Virus record (IMG/VR): IMGVR_UViG_3300047554_000702
Coordinates: 1-58,348 of that record
Reading direction: 5' to 3' (one strand)
Source of the DNA: a virus
Taxonomy: Duplodnaviria > Caudoviricetes
DNA: 58,348 nucleotides
Below the pieces are notes generated by a model, which was not told the DNA's origin, did no database searches, and worked only from the letters and a program-made list of their open reading frames with translations. The number at the start of each line of letters is the position of its first letter. The first letter of the stretch is position 1. Shown piece after piece: positions 46,951 through 55,680 of the stretch. The position numbers and the translations under genes were made by a program.

Positions 46951-47760
46951 TTACACGATCTGCAGTTCGCCCTTGGCGACACGCTGTCCGATGATCGCCT
47001 TGTCGTGTTGACCCAGCTTGTCGAAGTCGGCGCGCGTCATGACCTTGCCGTTGCCGCGATTGCCGCCACCGCCGCCCGATCCTGTGCCGCTCTGTGTCGG
47101 TGCGAGCAGCAACTTGTCCTTGTCGGGGCGCTCGTTGATGAACATCTCGATTGCCTCATCGACCGAAGCGATTTCACCCTTGCCGTTGTAGACCGTTTCG
47201 CCATTGGGTCGGACTGGTACGAGTTGACCGTCTTCGATCTTGAAGTTGTTTTGAAACGCGGCTTCAACGAAGTCACGGGGTACAGCGAGGCGTTCGTTGA
47301 GGAAGGTCGAAGAACTGAAAGCGCTCTTGCGCAGCAAGTCGTTTGCCCGCTGTTCGGCTGCAGTCAGCTTCTCGCTCATTTCCTTGATCTGAGGTTCGTA
47401 CTGACCGACAATGCTGGTCTTGATCTTCTCGATCTCGCCTTTGTTCACCAGATCGTCAAGGTTGATGTCCTTGGTCTTCTCGATCGCGGCACGCGCTGCT
47501 TCAGGATCAAGATCACCGAACTTTGCCAGCTTCGCCTTTGCCTCGGTGAGTTCGGTGCGCCGTGCGGCGCTCTCGGCATTGATACGTTGCACGTAGCCGG
47601 GTGCAATCGAAGTTTCCTTGCCTGCATCGTCAAGCATGATCGGGTTGCCGCTGGAATCGGTGACGAGTGCACCACTGTCATCGGTCTTCCATCCCGCCTT
47701 GTTTTCGTAAGCAACGGCGTTGAGCGCCGTGGTCAGCAGCATGATTTTTTGCAGTCGCAT
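46951..47760 (-). CDS. capsid scaffolding protein with N-terminal AY leader
   Basis: Coiled coil; INAESAARR...GSGGGGG...MTRADFDKL C-terminus; lies between portal and capsid; AGAGGA SD. Confidence 0.8.
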   Translation of the reverse strand: MRLQKIMLLTTALNAVAYENKAGWKTDDSGALVTDSSGNPIMLDDAGKETSIAPGYVQRINAESAARRTELTEAKAKLAKFGDLDPEAARAAIEKTKDINLDDLVNKGEIEKIKTSIVGQYEPQIKEMSEKLTAAEQRANDLLRKSAFSSSTFLNERLAVPRDFVEAAFQNNFKIEDGQLVPVRPNGETVYNGKGEIASVDEAIEMFINERPDKDKLLLAPTQSGTGSGGGGGNRGNGKVMTRADFDKLGQHDKAIIGQRVAKGELQIV

Positions 47761-47810
47761 CGGATTTCCTCTTTTGACGTGTGAGCCACACCTACCATGC
47801 GGTAAGTGTG

Positions 47811-49337
47811 TCAGTCAACCGTGTCTGCGCCATCACTCGGCACATCTTCGAGCAGACGCTCACGCTCACGCTCAATGGTGAAATTGCTCGACAGGACGCC
47901 TCGACGCAGCAATTCCTCGCAATACGTCTCATGGCTGATGTCGCGCCGCTCACGAGCCTTGTCCAGAGCGTCCAAGTCTTCGCCTTCCATCCAGTCGTCG
48001 AACTCGGCGAACACATGAACTGTCGGGTCGTAATCGACAGCCATCCACTTCGCGGTCAGCAGCAAAGCGTTCTCAAGCGTGTTGGACAGCATGAGAGCCC
48101 ATGCCTTGACCGCGCTCTTGGCCTTGCCAGCTGCGACCGCTGCCGTGATGACGGTGATGTTGCTGCTCGACGCGGTGAGCGGCTGACGACCGAGTTCGCG
48201 CAACCGTCGCTCCGTCGATTCGATCCGCGCCTCAAGGAACTTCAGGCTCTCAGCGTTCGGCTCAACGTAGCCCCAACTACCAGCTGGCCCACCGTCAGGG
48301 CGCGGCGGTGACCAAAGCACCCGGTTCGGGCCGACCGCGACCTTTGTCTCAGGTTTGCCGTCGCGGCCCTGCGGAGGCATGATGCCGTTCGCGGCCAGCA
48401 TGGGGTAGGCGGTCAAGTTGCAGGCGTATTCGAGCCCGCTTTCCTGCTTGAACATCTGGATCTGCAACTCGACAGCCGCGCGCATCGGCGGGTCGAACCG
48501 CCACTGACGACCCTCGCGCCGCCCTGTGTAGAACGACACGAGGGGGATTTCACCGATCGAAATGTTGCCGCTGTCCACCTGCACGTATTCGCGCTCTTTG
48601 GTGTTCTTTTGCCAGAGCCGCCATTCGACCACAGTAACCAGATTGCCGCGCTCGTCGAACGAATCGAACCGCTCGATCTCGCGAATGTGATCCGGTTCAC
48701 CTGGTTCGAGGATTTTGGCATAGGTCAGCACTTCGTCGCTGCCGACCATCTTGGAGCGGACGGCAAGCATGTTCCGACCGAGAATGTGCGTCCAATAAGG
48801 GCGCAGACCCATGGTTCGCGCCTGCTCCATGGTGACGGGTGTTTCCGGCCCCTTGGCGTAGTCAACCATGATCCAATCGATGGCATGGTTGATGCCGTTG
48901 AAAAACGTCTGCGACGCAAAAACCGTCAGATTGTTGCCTGAGCCGTCCACGTTGTACACGAAATCCTTGATCGGGTCCGGGACGGGTGGTGCGTCAGCGT
49001 TCTCATCTGAAACCAGCATCACAGGCTGCTCGAACGGCTTACCAGCCAAGGATTCGGCGATGTCGCGATACACGTTCGTCATAACTGCGGACTGGCAGCG
49101 GAATTTGTAGTCCTCGTCTTCCTCACTGCGGAAGCGCGGCAGAAAGTCGCTGGCACGCAGCTTCATGCCCTCAATGCCATCGAGCACCGCGTCCACGTTG
49201 TCCCAATAGGTCAGCATGTAGGCGCTGTCCGGGTCGCGCTTCTCCATCACGTCGATCGCGACCCCCGCGCGCTCCGTGGGCGGCTGAGAGGCGTAGGCGA
49301 TGGCCGTCAAGCTGACGAGACTGGTGCGCTGGGTCAT
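47811..49337 (-). CDS. portal protein (DUF4055-like) with N-terminal AY leader
   Basis: 508 aa after the terminase; FLPRF..E..EDY..R; RPYW; IPLV; ISHETY.EL.RRG. Confidence 0.88.
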   Translation of the reverse strand: MTQRTSLVSLTAIAYASQPPTERAGVAIDVMEKRDPDSAYMLTYWDNVDAVLDGIEGMKLRASDFLPRFRSEEDEDYKFRCQSAVMTNVYRDIAESLAGKPFEQPVMLVSDENADAPPVPDPIKDFVYNVDGSGNNLTVFASQTFFNGINHAIDWIMVDYAKGPETPVTMEQARTMGLRPYWTHILGRNMLAVRSKMVGSDEVLTYAKILEPGEPDHIREIERFDSFDERGNLVTVVEWRLWQKNTKEREYVQVDSGNISIGEIPLVSFYTGRREGRQWRFDPPMRAAVELQIQMFKQESGLEYACNLTAYPMLAANGIMPPQGRDGKPETKVAVGPNRVLWSPPRPDGGPAGSWGYVEPNAESLKFLEARIESTERRLRELGRQPLTASSSNITVITAAVAAGKAKSAVKAWALMLSNTLENALLLTAKWMAVDYDPTVHVFAEFDDWMEGEDLDALDKARERRDISHETYCEELLRRGVLSSNFTIERERERLLEDVPSDGADTVD

Positions 49338-49375
49338 TGCACCGGTTTATCAGGCTGCACGGGGTGTTGCAAGTA

Positions 49376-50083
49376 TCACCCCCAAGCGATCCAATTAATC
49401 CGTTCCAGTGCTTCTAGCGCTAAATCTCTGCCTGCGTGTCGCTGACGGATTCGCTCTGCGTGTGTCGCTCGCCTCTCCGGCGTCCAAGAAGCGCGCATAG
49501 ACTCAATTCGTGTGCGTCGGTGATCTTGATCTCTCCATATCTTTTGATTGATGTGCGAAACTTGATCACGCTCACCGTTTGCCCACTGTTTTCGCATTGC
49601 CTGACTTCGCTTCTTGCGCTCTTCAGCGGTCCAGACAATGTTGTTGGTGCCCTTTTTACCCGCACTTATCGCAGCCGCGTGAGCTTCAGACTTAGGTCGG
49701 CGCATCTTAAATCTTGTTTTATCACTGACTTTTCTACCGATCAAAGCGTCGGAAATCTTCTTTTTGGTGTGTTCCGACAGAGGGTTTCCGGTGTTTTCTG
49801 CGGTAAGTCTGCTGTTAAGTAGAATATCACCGTTGATGATTGTTTGGTCTATCCACCATTGTTCTCGTTGCATCAACTCAGAAGCACCGCAGTATTCTAC
49901 GACTGTGAAAATCATTTTATCGCCGTACTTTCGCCACGCCCTGTTCAATGCTTCACAGTGATGCCGCCCGTGCCGCATATCACTAAAGTGCCGGACTTTC
50001 CGGCGATTCAAACGAATCGAAGAGCCCACGTATACCGAACCACTCGGTGCAGTAATGAAATATATCCCTGAATTAGCCGCCAT
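49376..50083 (-). CDS. GIY-YIG homing endonuclease with NUMOD3 motifs
   Basis: SGIYFIT...VYVGSS...R...H...REQWWID...N; LSEHTKKKISDALIG; lower GC. Confidence 0.88.
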   Translation of the reverse strand: MAANSGIYFITAPSGSVYVGSSIRLNRRKVRHFSDMRHGRHHCEALNRAWRKYGDKMIFTVVEYCGASELMQREQWWIDQTIINGDILLNSRLTAENTGNPLSEHTKKKISDALIGRKVSDKTRFKMRRPKSEAHAAAISAGKKGTNNIVWTAEERKKRSQAMRKQWANGERDQVSHINQKIWRDQDHRRTRIESMRASWTPERRATHAERIRQRHAGRDLALEALERINWIAWG

Positions 50084-51782
50084 ACGACCCGATCATAACC
50101 TCGCTGCCCTGTCGCGGTGCAGGGAAGTAGCACTGTACAACAGCATCCGCAATATTAGGGCTGCGAGCACCATTGGGTTTTTTATCCACGAGCATGCGAA
50201 GTGACGACGCGCTGCGAATACTGGTTGGCTGGGCCAACTCTTTCATCACTTGGTGTAGCGCCGGGATGTCACTGGCGATGCTTATCAACTCGTGACCCTC
50301 GTACAACTCACCCTGCGTCCGAGCACGCCACGTCTTGTAGAACCGGTTGCGGACGGACCACCACGCCTGCGCCTTGAAGTTGTGATAGAAATCGCGATTG
50401 AGAGGGCTGTTGTCGTCGCCCGGAATGACGCGCTCGAACTGCCGCTGCACCGCGCCGCCCGCGTTCCACGGAGTTAGCACGAACTCGTCGAAATCCACGG
50501 CACCCGACTCAACCAGCCGGTTGTACTCACTCTTGACCGCCGACCCGACACCGATGCTGTCGTACTGGATCTCGATGCCGCGCAGGTTGCGGTCGCGCAG
50601 ATCGCCGAGCATGTTCCGACACGCGACGCCTGGATCGCGCTCGCCCCAATCACGTGCATGGCGTAGGACGTAACCCTGCCGGATCGCTATGGCGTTCTTG
50701 TCCATACCTTCGTCGGCAACGTCGAGCCCCGCCATCCACTGCGTGCTGTCGGCGATTGCGGCCAGCGCCGGGATGTAAAGGTGCGCGTCAATGGCAGCAG
50801 TGATCCACTCGTAGGAGATGATCGTGTTCTCGACAGCGGCTGAATAGTTGCGATCGACTTCCTGTGCGAAGACGTGCTGCATCCCTTCACGCTCAGCCTT
50901 TGCCTTGCGCTGATCGTACCACTCCTGTGTCTTCTCAGGATGGTCACGCCAATCCATGATGAAGACGCGCGGTGTGCCTTTGGGGATCGAGACACCCGGT
51001 TGCCATATCTCACCCGACTCACGCCGACGATGGAACACATTGCCGAGCCCGTTCACGCTCGAAATATCGACTTGGACGTTGGTGTTGTCACCAAGTGCAG
51101 CTTCGATCAGTTCGGGTCGTTCGTAGTGCGCCGCTTCGTCCTTGAAGTAGATCGCCTTACGACCACCGCGACCGATGTTGTCACCGCTTTCACCTGCAAT
51201 GATTGCACCGTTCTCGGTGTTGATGATCTTCATCAGCGCAGTGTTCCAGAGAGGTCGGAACTCCGGTGGCAAGCGTCGAATTATCTGTCGCATCTTCTCG
51301 AAGATACTGTCGGCATCACCTAGCTTGTCCACCAAGTCCTGCTTGCGTGAACCCCAACCGATTGCGTCCTGTGAGATGTATCGCAGTCGCCAGACGCAGT
51401 AAGCACAGGCGAGCCACGTGGCACCCATGTCGCGCGCCTTCTCGATCAGACCGCTTTCATCCGTTTTGCGCAAATCCTCGAAGAAGTCGATCAGTGCCGC
51501 TTGCCGTGCGAAGAACACGAACGGCATCCACTTGTTCGTCTGTTTGCGGGGGTTGTAGGTGTCGCACCAGTCCTGTATGAACTGCGCAGGCCGTGTCGCA
51601 TAGTATGTGTGAGCCTCGCGCAGCAGTGTGCGATCTGATCGCAGTGATGTGAGTGTTTGCATCCGCCAAGCGTAGACTCGTCGATAATCAGGGGGCCATT
51701 GGTCGTGTGTCAGCGCGCGAGGACGCCAAGGTTTGACGACTTGCTCGGTTTGTGCGTTCGGTGGATTGAACAGGTCGATCAC
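50073..51782 (-). CDS. terL: terminase large subunit
   Basis: EKARDMGATW (Walker A variant), GRGGR, FKDEAAH, ISSVNG, GLDVADEG and SPNIADA. Confidence 0.92.
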   Translation of the reverse strand: MIDLFNPPNAQTEQVVKPWRPRALTHDQWPPDYRRVYAWRMQTLTSLRSDRTLLREAHTYYATRPAQFIQDWCDTYNPRKQTNKWMPFVFFARQAALIDFFEDLRKTDESGLIEKARDMGATWLACAYCVWRLRYISQDAIGWGSRKQDLVDKLGDADSIFEKMRQIIRRLPPEFRPLWNTALMKIINTENGAIIAGESGDNIGRGGRKAIYFKDEAAHYERPELIEAALGDNTNVQVDISSVNGLGNVFHRRRESGEIWQPGVSIPKGTPRVFIMDWRDHPEKTQEWYDQRKAKAEREGMQHVFAQEVDRNYSAAVENTIISYEWITAAIDAHLYIPALAAIADSTQWMAGLDVADEGMDKNAIAIRQGYVLRHARDWGERDPGVACRNMLGDLRDRNLRGIEIQYDSIGVGSAVKSEYNRLVESGAVDFDEFVLTPWNAGGAVQRQFERVIPGDDNSPLNRDFYHNFKAQAWWSVRNRFYKTWRARTQGELYEGHELISIASDIPALHQVMKELAQPTSIRSASSLRMLVDKKPNGARSPNIADAVVQCYFPAPRQGSEVMIGSYGG

Positions 51783-52198
51783 GGTCGCACCAGAAAATCC
51801 ACCCCGCCACCGCTGTAAATGTCGCGCTGAGACGCAATGTGAACCGCATCAACAGGTGATGCACCGGCCAGCATGGCACCGTATGCAACCGCACCCCCTG
51901 ATCCAAGTGCGGCAGGTGTCTCGTGCTCGAAGAACCGACCTGTGTCGTTGTAGCAGAACACTTTGCCGTCGGTGGTGAGAACCAATGCTTCGCTTTTCTC
52001 CCACATTTGCAGTGGTTCCGAGCGATCGGAATTATACCACGCTAGGAACGCTCCGAGGTCGAACGCGCTGCCAGCGACACCAATGATGTCACCGTTGGTC
52101 GCCCTTGCAATCTTGCGCGTGTTGCAGTGGATCAGTCCATCACCTGTAACACGTCGATCTGCGGCCATCGTCCGACCGTCTGTCACCACCGTACTCAT
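51779..52198 (-). CDS. Ntn-hydrolase (proteasome-beta/HslV-like) protein
   Basis: MSTVVTDGRTMAADRRVT...K...GVAGS...ALGSGG..AYGAM...AV..A...DIYSGG. Confidence 0.7.
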   Translation of the reverse strand: MSTVVTDGRTMAADRRVTGDGLIHCNTRKIARATNGDIIGVAGSAFDLGAFLAWYNSDRSEPLQMWEKSEALVLTTDGKVFCYNDTGRFFEHETPAALGSGGAVAYGAMLAGASPVDAVHIASQRDIYSGGGVDFLVRP

Positions 52199-52827
52199 TC
52201 ATCGTCTCCGATAAGTCGGGCATATGCTTCACCTGCTTCAGTTGCGCTGACGCTTTCGGTGATGAGGGGCATTTCCTGTGCTGCACGTTCGGCGCGGCGG
52301 GACGTGCTGTCGCCCGTGTCGAGCCCCATGTATGCGGCCCACATCTTGAGTGCGGCGATTTTGTCGTGCGCCTGGATGCGGATCTTGACACGCTCACCAC
52401 CGCGTCCCTCGACATAATCCACGTCGATTTGCTTGATTGCACCGGATTTGCCGTCGCTTTGCAGCCGCACCATGTCGATGCTGGGTCGTCCGAAGTCGTC
52501 AATCGTCATGTAGTCGGTGATGTCGAACGTGCCGATCCCGACAATTTCGCTCAGATACGACTGCGGATTGACCTCGTCTGCATCGGCACGCTGCAGCACG
52601 CGCTCGGCAATTGCGGCCTGTACAAGCGGTCGATCGAGCCAGCCGTGATGATCGTTCCGGCGCACACTGTCGGGCAGTGCATGACTGAGCATCAAACGAA
52701 TCGACTGATTCGCCTGTCGCGCTGCCTCTGCCAGTCCATCAACCAGCCGATCGACAAACCGTCGTTCCGCTGCTGAAATTTGACCGTAGGCAGATCGGAA
52801 CATTGTCATAGGTGCTACCGCGTTCAT
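52195..52827 (-). CDS. terS: terminase small subunit
   Basis: WLDRPLVQAAIAER...EIVGIGTFDITDY...KIRIQAHDKIAALKM; upstream of terL. Confidence 0.8.
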   Translation of the reverse strand: MNAVAPMTMFRSAYGQISAAERRFVDRLVDGLAEAARQANQSIRLMLSHALPDSVRRNDHHGWLDRPLVQAAIAERVLQRADADEVNPQSYLSEIVGIGTFDITDYMTIDDFGRPSIDMVRLQSDGKSGAIKQIDVDYVEGRGGERVKIRIQAHDKIAALKMWAAYMGLDTGDSTSRRAERAAQEMPLITESVSATEAGEAYARLIGDDE

Positions 52828-52845
52828 TGTGCGGCATTATGACGA

Positions 52846-53226
52846 TCATGGGTTGGGGGTCAAGGTATACCGCGCACCGGCCTGACGACCTTTGCCTTCA
52901 TTGGTGTTGCGGACGGCGTATCCCAGCTTGCGCAGCGCCTGTACGTCGCTGACCACTGTGTGCCAAGGCCACGGTGGTCCTGCGCCTTCGCGGACTGTGC
53001 CAGAGCGCAGCATATCGAGCAACACGGCACGTCGCGCTGTAGCCGGTGGGATCGAAGCGGGCCGGGGTGGGATATACGGTTGCTTGACTGGTCCGTGCCT
53101 GACGGGTGGGTCGGACGGCAGGGGTATGTCGGTCGTTGCGCTCAGGATCTCACGCAGCAGCCGGTGCGCCCCGATGCTGTAGGGCAGGGACAGGGCGTGG
53201 GTCACTGTGTCGCGGTTGGGGGTCAT
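52846..53226 (-). CDS. winged-helix-like hypothetical protein
   Basis: LLDMLRSG...VVSDVQALRKLGYAV...YTL. Confidence 0.55.
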   Translation of the reverse strand: MTPNRDTVTHALSLPYSIGAHRLLREILSATTDIPLPSDPPVRHGPVKQPYIPPRPASIPPATARRAVLLDMLRSGTVREGAGPPWPWHTVVSDVQALRKLGYAVRNTNEGKGRQAGARYTLTPNP

Positions 53227-53873
53227 CCCACTGCATCCTTTATCATCTTATACCCCTTGTCTGGTGGGTGCCTTTGCAGCAAGTTAATCACTGTGCTGTG
53301 ATCCTTGCGCCCGATCAGACGTGCAACTGTGCCGAGCGCAACACCGCGCTCTCGCAAAACACGTGCGACAGCTGCGCGCGCCCGAACCGCAGGAGCGTAG
53401 CGGGTCACTCCGAACACCATGCGCGGTGTGACGCGGTAATGTGGTGCAACGAGCCGCACCATCTCTCGCGCACCCATGTAGCCATCCGGTACATAATCCG
53501 GTGCATCTGCTGCGTATTTGTACCCGAACCACTCGTAAGCGCATCGGACGGTTTCCTCACTTAGACACAGGGCTCGTGCGGTTGTCTTGATCGGCGCTCC
53601 GGTCTGCCATGCTGCTTGTAAGTCGGCCTGATGCGGCCAGCGTTGTCTGACCGGGACGGGTGTGGCGCGGCTGGGTGTGTGACCCCGGCGCATTCCGTTC
53701 GGTAGCCGCAAGCGCAGCTTTTCACAGCGCGCAGACACTGCATCGGGTGTGCGATTGCCGAGCCGGTGCGCGATCTCAAGTGCGGACAGACCAAGCGTAC
53801 AACGCATGTGTGTCAATTGCTCGATTTCATCGTCTGTCCATGGTCGGTTCACGTATCGTCTCCGGTCAGCCAA
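53223..53873 (-). CDS. GcrA-like HTH fused to a DnaA domain IV-like HTH
   Basis: PWTDDEIEQL...GLSALEIAHRLGNRTPDAV...LRL; C-terminal RAR..AR.LR...VARLIGRKDHSTVI. Confidence 0.7.
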   Translation of the reverse strand: MADRRRYVNRPWTDDEIEQLTHMRCTLGLSALEIAHRLGNRTPDAVSARCEKLRLRLPNGMRRGHTPSRATPVPVRQRWPHQADLQAAWQTGAPIKTTARALCLSEETVRCAYEWFGYKYAADAPDYVPDGYMGAREMVRLVAPHYRVTPRMVFGVTRYAPAVRARAAVARVLRERGVALGTVARLIGRKDHSTVINLLQRHPPDKGYKMIKDAVG

Positions 53874-53922
53874 TCGCCGATGTGACGCGGTATTCGAGTC
53901 GTAATGGGTTTACCGGTTATCT

Positions 53923-54264
53923 TCACCGTCCCATCTCCTGTGCCAGATCGGTGATTGCTCGGTACACCCGTGCGTCGTTCATGGTGCGCAGCGGCCAGAG
54001 CCGTCCGACCAGTCGAAGCAACAGTACGCACGCTGCCCTGCGCAACTCACCAATCAGTGTGTCACGTGTGGGTGGTGACCGCAGCATTACCGTGGCTGGC
54101 TGTATCGCTCGCTGCAGAGCCTGTTGCGGTGTGTTATCGACCCAGCAGGTGACACGCTTGTCGCGCTCGTCGAATCCTTCGCACCTCCATGCGTTAGGGA
54201 CGGGTTTACCTGCATCGACCGCTTCGGGGTGCATCTCAATCGTGTATCGAATGGTGCGGGTCAT
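53923..54264 (-). CDS. hypothetical protein
   Basis: GAGGTG SD; first ORF of the leftward operon. Confidence 0.55.
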   Translation of the reverse strand: MTRTIRYTIEMHPEAVDAGKPVPNAWRCEGFDERDKRVTCWVDNTPQQALQRAIQPATVMLRSPPTRDTLIGELRRAACVLLLRLVGRLWPLRTMNDARVYRAITDLAQEMGR

Positions 54265-54784
54265 GCTTCACCTCTCAGTTTTTCGCCGCGCAGGGCCGAC
54301 TGCACGTCGTTTCGGTGATCCCATGCGCCAGCGAGAACTTCGCGAGCGAACACGATGTGTCCGTCGGCCTTCGCGAGATTTGCTACACGACTGCGCGCCT
54401 GCTCGATTGGTGTCACTCTACGATCTCCTGTGTCTGTGAGTCGATCCCTACCACACGGTAAGTTTTATTCAACCGAAAAATGTGCGGGGTGCCGGTGCGG
54501 ATTTCGAGGGGGTATACCCATTCTGACCAACCGGTTAGTTTTTGATTTTCGGTTCGTGTGGAAAATTTGTGTGGCGGTCATTCGCAACAATATTACGGGG
54601 TGGGGGGGGGGTCCACGCAACAATATTGCGCAAACCGGCCAACTCATTGATTTTGTTAGGGTTTATCGTGTGGCCTGTGGCGCGCCGATAATTATCGCTG
54701 ATCCACGTGCACCGGTCGCGCCAGGTCGAGCATCGTCACAGGTCGAGCGTCGCCGATGATTATCGGCCAAACGTCACGCGATTA

Positions 54785-55090
54785 ACGTCATTGCGCAATC
54801 TTTTCACATTCGGCACGAAAACCGCAATGTAGCGATTGCGCAATAAGTTGCCACAGGAAATGTTGCGATTGCGTTTAATGCTCATTGTGGGGACTGTTTA
54901 ATGTGTAATTGAGAAACAACATTCTAAACGGGGACATAAACGGTTTACTTTGCAATCTGACAATCGCAACTATGACAAACCCACAAGCAACAAACGAACC
55001 ACATGAACCATGGCGACGCAACTTTAGCATAGAATTGCGTTTTCGCACAGAAAACAAAATCCGCAATGTGAAAAGATTGCGCAATCACGT
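54785..55090. repeat. 26-bp inverted repeats flanking an AT-rich core
   Basis: ACGTCATTGCGCAATCTTTTCACATT (54785-54810) versus AATGTGAAAAGATTGCGCAATCACGT (55065-55090); one mismatch. Confidence 0.85.
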
Positions 55091-55185
55091 CAGGGCAAAC
55101 CATAATTATCGATATTTCACTTGATAAACGTCATGATTTAGCGAATAACAGTCCTACGGCGAATCACCGCCCTGGAGCGTAACAC

Positions 55186-55482
55186 ATGGCCCACCTGCTA
55201 GAAGTTAGACCACATGGCGCAAATTCCACTTTGGGCGCGCTTCCCGCAAATTCTTTGCGCGAAGCTGAGAACTTGCATCGCATTTTCGGGGGCTCAATTG
55301 TGAGCCCTTCCACGGGTATCGATTACACACCTTACACCGGCCCACTGTATAATCGTCATGGCCGCGAATATGCCGACGCTATCGCCCGCGCAGCTGATGC
55401 GCGCCGTCCGTTGAGCACGGCCTCAATTGCAGCACAGCAATCCGCTGCTTGGCAGATCCACGGCGCAAGGGCGGCACTGTGA
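55186..55482 (+). CDS. early hypothetical protein
   Basis: GGAGCGTAAC leader motif before the ATG. Confidence 0.6.
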   Translation: MAHLLEVRPHGANSTLGALPANSLREAENLHRIFGGSIVSPSTGIDYTPYTGPLYNRHGREYADAIARAADARRPLSTASIAAQQSAAWQIHGARAAL

Positions 55483-55676
55483 AACGCGTCACACTGGCAC
55501 TAGCCGCGCTCGCAACGCTTGCGCTGCAGGTCACACATGGCCCGCGCCTGATAGGCTATCACTGCAGCGACGCGCCTAGCATCGCCGGGATCACATACAC
55601 CGGACCGCGCCTGGCACGCGAGGAATCGGATTTTATCGGCACATGCGCTGAGATAGCGCCAATTTTTGGAGAGTAA
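55479..55676 (+). CDS. early hypothetical protein with hydrophobic N-terminus
   Basis: GTGA-coupled; VKRVTLALAALATLAL. Confidence 0.55.
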   Translation: MKRVTLALAALATLALQVTHGPRLIGYHCSDAPSIAGITYTGPRLAREESDFIGTCAEIAPIFGE

Positions 55677-55680
55677 CCAT

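Noticed and set aside
18081-49337. AY leaders as Sec signal peptides (A-X-A motif)
   Set aside because: The hydrophobic cores are mostly too short or interrupted, and capsid, portal, scaffold, tail tube and SSB act in the cytoplasm. Export is unlikely, though membrane association is not excluded.
43221-52827. Additional AY leaders in the head-tail adaptor (MTEFYGTAAAFQAY) and TerS (MNAVAPMTMFRSAY)
   Set aside because: The adaptor's AY looks like part of its family core motif. TerS lacks the L/T/A-rich core, so it is left as an unconfirmed seventh candidate.
54898-54912. CtrA box (TTAA-N7-TTAA)
   Set aside because: Only an imperfect TTAA-N7-TTGA match in AT-rich DNA, which is expected by chance.
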